Below are positions 57,995-64,000 of a stretch of 64,000 nt of DNA, piece after piece. The notes beneath the pieces were generated by a model that had not been told where the DNA came from, did no database searches, and saw only the letters and a list, made by a program, of their open reading frames with translations. The first letter of the stretch is position 1. The number at the start of each line of letters is the position of its first letter. The DNA comes from Nitrospirota bacterium (GTDB taxonomy: Bacteria; Nitrospirota; UBA9217). The stretch covers positions 32,001-96,000 of the forward strand of contig CAVVUN010000006.1 of NCBI GenBank assembly GCA_963751455.1. Reading direction: 5' to 3'. Position numbers and translations under genes: made by a program.

Positions 57995-59036
57995 TCATTT
58001 TTTCCACCCCTGATCTTCCCTGACATAAACGGTCCGGTGCGGGAAGGGAATCTCGATGCCTTCCTCCCTGAACCGTTTGAAAATCCTTTTTCGGAGCTCG
58101 TGCTGGGCGAGATACTGGTCAACGAATTCCCCTACCTGGCAGATAAGCGTGAAATCCAGGGAGCTGTCGTCGATGCCGGGGATGAAACGTACGAACGGCT
58201 CCGGCTCTCCGAGGAGCCCCGGCACCTCTCCCACGGAGTTCTTCGCGACCTCGACCAGAATCCGCTCGATCCGCTCAGGATCGGAGGAATAGCTGACACC
58301 GACCGGGATGAGCAGGGACATCCGCTTTTGCGGGAGATAGTAATTCGTCACCACACTCTGGGCGAGCTTGCTGTTCGGTATGACGACCATATTATTCGGC
58401 AACATTCGGACGCGGGTTGTCCTCCAAGTAATGTCGTCAACGTAGCTTTCCTGCCCCGACTCCAACCTAACGAAGTCGCCTACGCGCACGGCTTTTTCCA
58501 CGAGTATATGGATACCGGCGAACAGGTTTGCGAGTGTGTCCTGGAGCGCAAGGGCCACTGCAAGACCGCCGATGCCGAGGGCGGTGATAAGCGGCGCAAT
58601 CGAAATTCCAAGAAATCCAAGGATGACGAGCAGGCCAAGTATGATGATGATGCCCTTCAAAAGGGCATACGCGAGCCCCGTTGTCGGCAGGGGCAGATTA
58701 GACTGCAGGACGTAACTCTTGAATGCCCTGCCGGGCAGGTTCGCCGTCGCGATTGTGACCGAAAAGATGACAATAACGTAGATAATATTGCCGATAAGGC
58801 GCACATGTTGCTCCGGAATTTCGGAAAAACTGACTCCGAAATAGACGCCCAGTGCTATGGCCCAGAAAATACTGGGGGCCTTGAATGAAGTCACGAATAT
58901 GTCGTCGATCTTCGTTTCGGTTTTTTTCGCCCACTGTGATATATCGGAACGCTACGGCCCTGACGGTCAGCAGCAGGCCTATAAAGACAAGGGACGCTGC
59001 GGACGGGATAAGGAAGCTCTTGAAAGTGGTATCCAT
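57995..59036 (-). pseudogene. mscS: MscS mechanosensitive channel, frameshift near 58935
   Basis: N-terminal TM MDTTFKSFLIP..AFRYI in one frame, WAKKTETKIDDIFV.. and LGIGGLAVALALQDTLANLFAG in the next. Confidence 0.75.
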
Positions 59037-59089
59037 GATTTTACCTCTTCACCGGATGTGATATTGCCATAAACTTTTACAGATGGTTC

Positions 59090-60298
59090 TCATGCGTTAT
59101 CTTCATCTACCGCATTTCTGAGCATATCGAGAATATCCGGAATTGCCGACGTCACCCGGTTCCAGTTTGGGATAAGCGGTGTTCCCAGGGGGTGGTTCAT
59201 GTACACCTGGGCCGCCAATCCTATCGCCCGCGTGAACGCGTCCACCGCCTTTGCTTCCTCGTGCCGGTCGAATAACAGCCCGTTGATGGCCGCGTCCGCC
59301 TCGTACTTCATGATCGTGTCTTCAGCGTGCCGCAAATACGCGACTGAAAGGGACTTAAAGAACCCGTCCGAGAAGATAACCCCTTCCGATGCAAGTGTCC
59401 TGAAGATCGATTTGCAGATATCGACCGTCATCTTCATGAGGCCCTTTTCCGCGTCCTGCGATGAAAGCGCCTGGTGTTTATGCTCGTACGCGGCTGCAAT
59501 ATCCACCTGGCATACGCGGCGCGGTGAATAGTTGCGGTACACCTCGGCCAGAGATCCGACTTCAAGCCCCCAGTCCCACGGTATCCGGTTGACCCTCGCA
59601 AGATCAGTAATCATGCAGAACTCTCCGGAGAGCGGGTACCGGAAGCTGTCCAGGAACATCAGGAAACGGTGCGGCCCAATGAGCTGCTGGATAGACCGGA
59701 CAAGGGGCGTTATGAGAAGGCGCGTTGCCCGGCCGTGCATCTTGTTCGTTACCCTGCTGTAGAATCCTTTGCAGAAAACGTAATCCAGGTTCGGGTTTAC
59801 CACGGGGTAGCACAGCCGGGCCAGCATTTCGCGGTTATATGTAACGATATCGCAGTCATGGAGCGCTATTACTTCGGAGCGGCCTCGCGCCAGGACATAT
59901 CCGTACGCCAGCCACGCGGAACGGCCCTTGCCGCGCAGTCCCGCATCAAGGCCGTTCCGTGAAAGGGTTTCGTATATTTCGATGATCCGTTTGCCGTCAT
60001 TATGGATGATTTTAACGTCGGCAGATACGGTCGACATGATCTCACGGACCTGGTGGAACTCTTTCTCCGCGGCCTTGTCCAGGACCAGTACGACCTCCTC
60101 CAGGTAATTCACCTTCGAAAGCTCTTTGACGATCCCCGGCATGGCCTGTCCCTCGAACTCGGAATACAGCGCGGGGAGGACCAGTGCTATGGGCCGCTTT
60201 TTTGAAAACGTGCTTAGCTCGGATTCAAGCCGATCGAGGGATGGTTTCCCCAGAGCATGAAGGGTAGTTATGATTCCGGTCTGATAGAAGTCGCTCAT
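59090..60298 (-). CDS. gpgS: Glucosyl-3-phosphoglycerate synthase family, copy 2
   Basis: Closely similar to 51572-52813 throughout. Confidence 0.8.
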   Translation of the reverse strand: MSDFYQTGIITTLHALGKPSLDRLESELSTFSKKRPIALVLPALYSEFEGQAMPGIVKELSKVNYLEEVVLVLDKAAEKEFHQVREIMSTVSADVKIIHNDGKRIIEIYETLSRNGLDAGLRGKGRSAWLAYGYVLARGRSEVIALHDCDIVTYNREMLARLCYPVVNPNLDYVFCKGFYSRVTNKMHGRATRLLITPLVRSIQQLIGPHRFLMFLDSFRYPLSGEFCMITDLARVNRIPWDWGLEVGSLAEVYRNYSPRRVCQVDIAAAYEHKHQALSSQDAEKGLMKMTVDICKSIFRTLASEGVIFSDGFFKSLSVAYLRHAEDTIMKYEADAAINGLLFDRHEEAKAVDAFTRAIGLAAQVYMNHPLGTPLIPNWNRVTSAIPDILDMLRNAVDEDNA

Positions 60299-60373
60299 AG
60301 CGCTATCTCATCCTCGTCCTTCGGCCATGGTCCCTCCGTCCCTCGTCCGTCTCTCATCTCGTCCCTCGCCGAT

Positions 60374-61063
60374 TCACAGATGCTCAATGTCCTTTTTTAC
60401 TTTTTCCGCCTCTTTGTCTATTATCCTTCGTGCTGCCTCAATGCCGCCGACTCCTAACGCGATTGCCAGTGCGAGAATGACTCCTCCGAAGATGATCGAG
60501 AACGCAGCAAGAACAATATTCGGCGCGATCTGGAGCTGTTCAAGAGCCATGGCGAAGACCATTATCATCAGAAGCAAACGTAGCACTTCAACGAGCACAT
60601 GAGTATAATAGTAGCCTCTGTTCACCGCGGCTATAAGGACTCCCCTGACGATGAAACCCGAGATCATGTAGCCGAAGACCAGGATCAGTATTGCGGAAAA
60701 TATACGCGGCAGGTAGAGGAAGAACTGGGCGACAAGGTTCTCGAGAGCCGGAATTTTGAGTGCATTGAAGCCGGCCATGACCGCAACAACGACGATCAGC
60801 CAGAAGCAGGCAGCACCGGCGATCGTCGACGGCTTCGCCCACAGGTCGCCTTTTCTCATGATCGACGTCAGGCCCATACGGTCGCTCCAACTGTCGAACT
60901 TTATGGTCCGAAGCAGTTTGGCTACGACAGCCTTGGCGAGCCTGCCCGCAATAAGACCGACGAGCATAATGCTGAGCATGGCGAGTATGTTCGGGCTATA
61001 CCGGGTGAATTGAAGAAACACCTCCTTCAGCGGTTCAAGGACCAACATAATGAACGTTTCCAT
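60374..61063 (-). CDS. CmpX-like membrane protein, copy 2
   Basis: 229 aa, collinear paralog of 53146-53835. Confidence 0.75.
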   Translation of the reverse strand: METFIMLVLEPLKEVFLQFTRYSPNILAMLSIMLVGLIAGRLAKAVVAKLLRTIKFDSWSDRMGLTSIMRKGDLWAKPSTIAGAACFWLIVVVAVMAGFNALKIPALENLVAQFFLYLPRIFSAILILVFGYMISGFIVRGVLIAAVNRGYYYTHVLVEVLRLLLMIMVFAMALEQLQIAPNIVLAAFSIIFGGVILALAIALGVGGIEAARRIIDKEAEKVKKDIEHL

Positions 61064-61076
61064 GGAATACCTCCCT

Positions 61077-62354
61077 TCATCTCCAGGTCTTGATCAAGTG
61101 GTCTTTATTCTTTTCGAACTCCAGACACAGTTTTTCAATCTCGACCTCGGTCTCGTCCTGTCCGAGTTTTTCAACACTGCGGATAAAAGATGCGGCCTTT
61201 CCGAGATACAGCGGGGTCAGGGACTTGAGGAGTTGCTTGCGAGGGAAGATACGCTGGCGGCACGCAACGGCATAGTCATAAATGATTCTCGTCCAGAGAG
61301 AATTCGGAAAAACCAGATCCTGATCGGCCGCAACCCCAACGCGCTCAACCTCTGCGAGGTCGCCCCATCCCAGAACCTTGCCCCACATGGTTCTCAAGCT
61401 TTTGATCCCTTCACGAAAAATTACAAGCATCCCTGCAATATCCGCATGGACCGGTTCAAGTCCCACGGTATAGCGGAAGCCGAACGTCGGAACGGGTTCC
61501 GGGCGGTGTATCTGTTTCCATACGTTCCCATAAATTTCGATCTGTCCAAAAGCCGCACTCATTACCTGCGCGAGCATCTCACTCAGATCCGATGCCTGGT
61601 CCCCGGGATCGTGGATTTTAGCGCCAAGAAAAGCCTGAGCGACCTTGAAGTTGTTGGCCAGCGCCTCTGTCGTCATCCAGATATCGATTCCATGCCGGGC
61701 AACATCGGTCTGCCAGACGTCCTTTGTCAGATAATATTTCGCGAGCCTGCCGGAAAAGCCGAAGTCTCCTCCAATCGGCTGACGAATCATTTTGCCGTAA
61801 AGCGCCCGGGTCAATGGATAGACGATTGTGTTCGTAATAGTACCGTCGAACTTGTGCCGGTGATAGAGTGGTGCGACATAATCAAATCCCTCCTTGAGCA
61901 CCGGTTTCAAAAGGAGCTCGATCCACTCGGGCGTAATGCTCCTGACGTCCGCGTCGACGATTGCGCAGGCCTTGACGTCGAGAGCGGCCGCTGACTCGAA
62001 TATCGCGCGGACCGCGCTTCCTTTTCCCGGAAACCCCTGGTACGACGCCGCCCTTTTTAAGACGGATCTCGCCGGGCGATGAACCAGAATGGATTGAAAG
62101 TCCTCAAAAATCGTGTTGCGCACCACATCGATCGTGCCGTCTGAGGAATCGCCGTCCGAATTGAGGATTACAGCCTTGTAATCAGGAAAATACTTGGCAA
62201 GGCCCGCCTGAACCGCACGGATCACGTGACCAATGGTCCTTGCGCTGTTGCGGGTCGGGATACCGACGAGGATATCGGCCGTTCTTATCTTTTTGACGAC
62301 ATCGCTGACCGCTCCACCGGTAACTAAACTTCTCGAAAGATCCTCCGATATCAT
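61077..62354 (-). CDS. GT2 glucosylglycerate synthase-like, copy 2
   Basis: Paralog of 54047-55336; DADVRSI, RQPIGGDFG. Confidence 0.8.
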   Translation of the reverse strand: MISEDLSRSLVTGGAVSDVVKKIRTADILVGIPTRNSARTIGHVIRAVQAGLAKYFPDYKAVILNSDGDSSDGTIDVVRNTIFEDFQSILVHRPARSVLKRAASYQGFPGKGSAVRAIFESAAALDVKACAIVDADVRSITPEWIELLLKPVLKEGFDYVAPLYHRHKFDGTITNTIVYPLTRALYGKMIRQPIGGDFGFSGRLAKYYLTKDVWQTDVARHGIDIWMTTEALANNFKVAQAFLGAKIHDPGDQASDLSEMLAQVMSAAFGQIEIYGNVWKQIHRPEPVPTFGFRYTVGLEPVHADIAGMLVIFREGIKSLRTMWGKVLGWGDLAEVERVGVAADQDLVFPNSLWTRIIYDYAVACRQRIFPRKQLLKSLTPLYLGKAASFIRSVEKLGQDETEVEIEKLCLEFEKNKDHLIKTWR

Positions 62355-62566
62355 TCAGCGCCTCCGGGCTTATCCAGCAGAACCACTTGCAGGTCCATAC
62401 GTGTGTCCTGTCGTTCTGTTCCGATCAAATATTTTTGACTAACAAGGGCATCGAGACAAAGAATATGTACGTGTCAGGCCGCAAACCCCTGCTTGCGTCA
62501 TGATATGGATCTGCCGCTGATAATGCGGCGTTGAATATGTCTATCAATAATATCGTTTTCATCGTT

Positions 62567-63358
62567 TCAGGTTAGCAGGTTCATAACGGCTTCGCTCCAG
62601 CCTTTTGGTCCGATGCCTTGTGTGCGGACGATACCCGGTATGCGAATCCTGGGGTCATGTCTTCCGTTAGCCTTTTTAATGAGAACGGGTCGATCTACGG
62701 TAAGGAGAAAAGGCAGATCGTTCAGGCTGTCACCAATCCCGATTGTCGTGATGGAGTTATTTTCACGTTTATAGAGGTCGCGAAGCCTTTCCACCGCCCT
62801 GCCCTTATGGTGATTGCCCATTATGTGGAAGAACTGGCCCTGTGTCCACCGCAGTTTCTCCCCCTCGATTGCCTGCAAAAACCGCTCATCCGCGCCGTTC
62901 AGAAATACGAACGGTTCGCTGAAATCGCGTTTTTTTGCGAGCTCCGCCTCGTTCCTGGCCAAACCGGTCAAGGAAGCCACTTCCCCCAGGCTCATATCTC
63001 CAAATCCGCGGACCGCGATGCCCAGGCGGTCGCGCATCTCCACAAATTGCCTGCGTATCTGTTCGTAGGGCTTTCCAAACGAAATTATCCGGTAATCATC
63101 ACTGATCTTTCCCGGTACAGGGACGTTAAAATAGTTCCGGGGGATATAGATGCCTCCTCCGTTTTCAACTACAAACGGATGCCCGTTCCCAAGAAGTGTT
63201 CTCCATACCTCGATCTCAGCCCTCGTTTTGCTGGACACAAAAATCACCGCTGCATCTTTCCGCCTTGCCAACTCAAGCGCCGGTCGAGCTGCTTTCGCCG
63301 AATAGGTCTCAGGATCAAGCAGTGTCCCGTCGAGGTCTGTGAAAATAATCGTTTTCAT
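62567..63358 (-). CDS. gpgP: Glucosyl/mannosyl-3-phosphoglycerate phosphatase (HAD IIB)
   Basis: IFTDLDGTLL, SSKTRAE, VENGGG, RDFSEPF, GDSLND; heads the gpgS cluster. Confidence 0.85.
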   Translation of the reverse strand: MKTIIFTDLDGTLLDPETYSAKAARPALELARRKDAAVIFVSSKTRAEIEVWRTLLGNGHPFVVENGGGIYIPRNYFNVPVPGKISDDYRIISFGKPYEQIRRQFVEMRDRLGIAVRGFGDMSLGEVASLTGLARNEAELAKKRDFSEPFVFLNGADERFLQAIEGEKLRWTQGQFFHIMGNHHKGRAVERLRDLYKRENNSITTIGIGDSLNDLPFLLTVDRPVLIKKANGRHDPRIRIPGIVRTQGIGPKGWSEAVMNLLT

Positions 63359-63391
63359 ATGAGACTGTATCCCGGATTGACTGACGCCGAA

Positions 63392-63610
63392 TCAGTGAAT
63401 TTGTCTCTTTTCGGCTGTTTTTCGCCTTGCGCTCAACCCGCCTAACAATTGCGCCATGACAACACCGGTCAGCACGGAAGCAACTGCCACTGATGCCAAT
63501 GAAGTTTCGAATTTCCAGATCAGAAAGGAAACAGGAACCGGAACCTCATTCTGAGCGGAAAAAGCGATAATCAATCCCACGATAAGAATGATGAGAATAA
63601 CGTGTTTCAT
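63392..63610 (-). CDS. LapA/DUF1049 family small membrane protein
   Basis: IIAFSAQNEVPVPVSFLIWKFETSLA; GGAGG RBS. Confidence 0.8.
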   Translation of the reverse strand: MKHVILIILIVGLIIAFSAQNEVPVPVSFLIWKFETSLASVAVASVLTGVVMAQLLGGLSARRKTAEKRQIH

Positions 63611-63725
63611 ATTCCTCCTGGGAAACATGACCTATACGGAAATGTCAGAGCGATTCCGTGGACGACGTGAAATGCTGCACGATACCCGTTACACGACCCG
63701 AAGAATAATATTGCGCTGCAGTTTC

Positions 63726-63998
63726 TTAGGAAGAATGAGAAGGGGGAGAGATTCCTGATCTGGAGAAACAATAATGGGACGAACGTGCCTGATGCAAAAG
63801 AGAGACATGATGACTACGGTTCGCACTCTGGAAAGGTTTCAAGGTGAAATGAGAGGCAGCATCTTTATATTCGAATGACTTGTTCGCTGGTGAGCAGTTG
63901 CTGAAGTCCGGAGTTGAGAAGATAAATTCTTTCGAATGTTTCGTTTTTTTAAATTGCTGCCACAGAATAATATCGAACAACAGGGGCGCAGTATTCCG
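63726..63998 (-). CDS. C-terminal part of a hypothetical protein (open to right edge)
   Basis: Frame open from the window end; ends FSRSGISPPSHSS. Confidence 0.35.
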   Translation of the reverse strand, partial: RNTAPLLFDIILWQQFKKTKHSKEFIFSTPDFSNCSPANKSFEYKDAASHFTLKPFQSANRSHHVSLLHQARSSHYCFSRSGISPPSHSS

Positions 63999-64000
63999 GT

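Overview
64 kb of a GC-rich anaerobic bacterium (gene content suggests Nitrospirota/Desulfobacterota-like; this is inference). Left part: an aspartate-family amino-acid operon (hom ... apgM-like, lysC, cimA) with an embedded protein-thiocarboxylate sulfur-transfer set (TusA, MoeB, JAB protease, MoaD-like carrier ending GG-R, NIL protein), a CsgG/FlgT/TPR protein, argD-argF, a peptidase C26 gene and a frameshifted peptide ABC substrate-binding gene. From about 14.1 to 31.0 kb lies an AT-richer island bracketed by two copies of the 3' end of that ABC gene. It holds two paralogous cassettes of [YCF48/BNR-repeat protein + secreted C39-like peptidase head + PKD domain]. One head sits on a 2501-aa Ig/NHL stalk; the other is an orphan head that stops exactly after the shared PKD domain. 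An ISH6-like element with an 8-bp target duplication separates them, and both units share a 22-bp-period direct-repeat motif upstream. This is the best candidate for an undescribed system (an N-terminal 'head-swap' polymorphic surface protease). Right part: a DUF2490/PhnD-like/histidine-kinase module, a CBS protein, anaerobic ergothioneine genes (EgtD plus a molybdopterin-cysteine desulfurase fusion, MES-like), nested CTAG-targeting MITEs, PAP2, rhlE with a structured attenuator-like leader, putA, a ferritin-like protein, PFOR, and a compatible-solute cluster (gpgP, duplicated ggs-like/cmpX-like/gpgS triad, frameshifted mscS, otsAB). No rRNA, tRNA or CRISPR array was seen.
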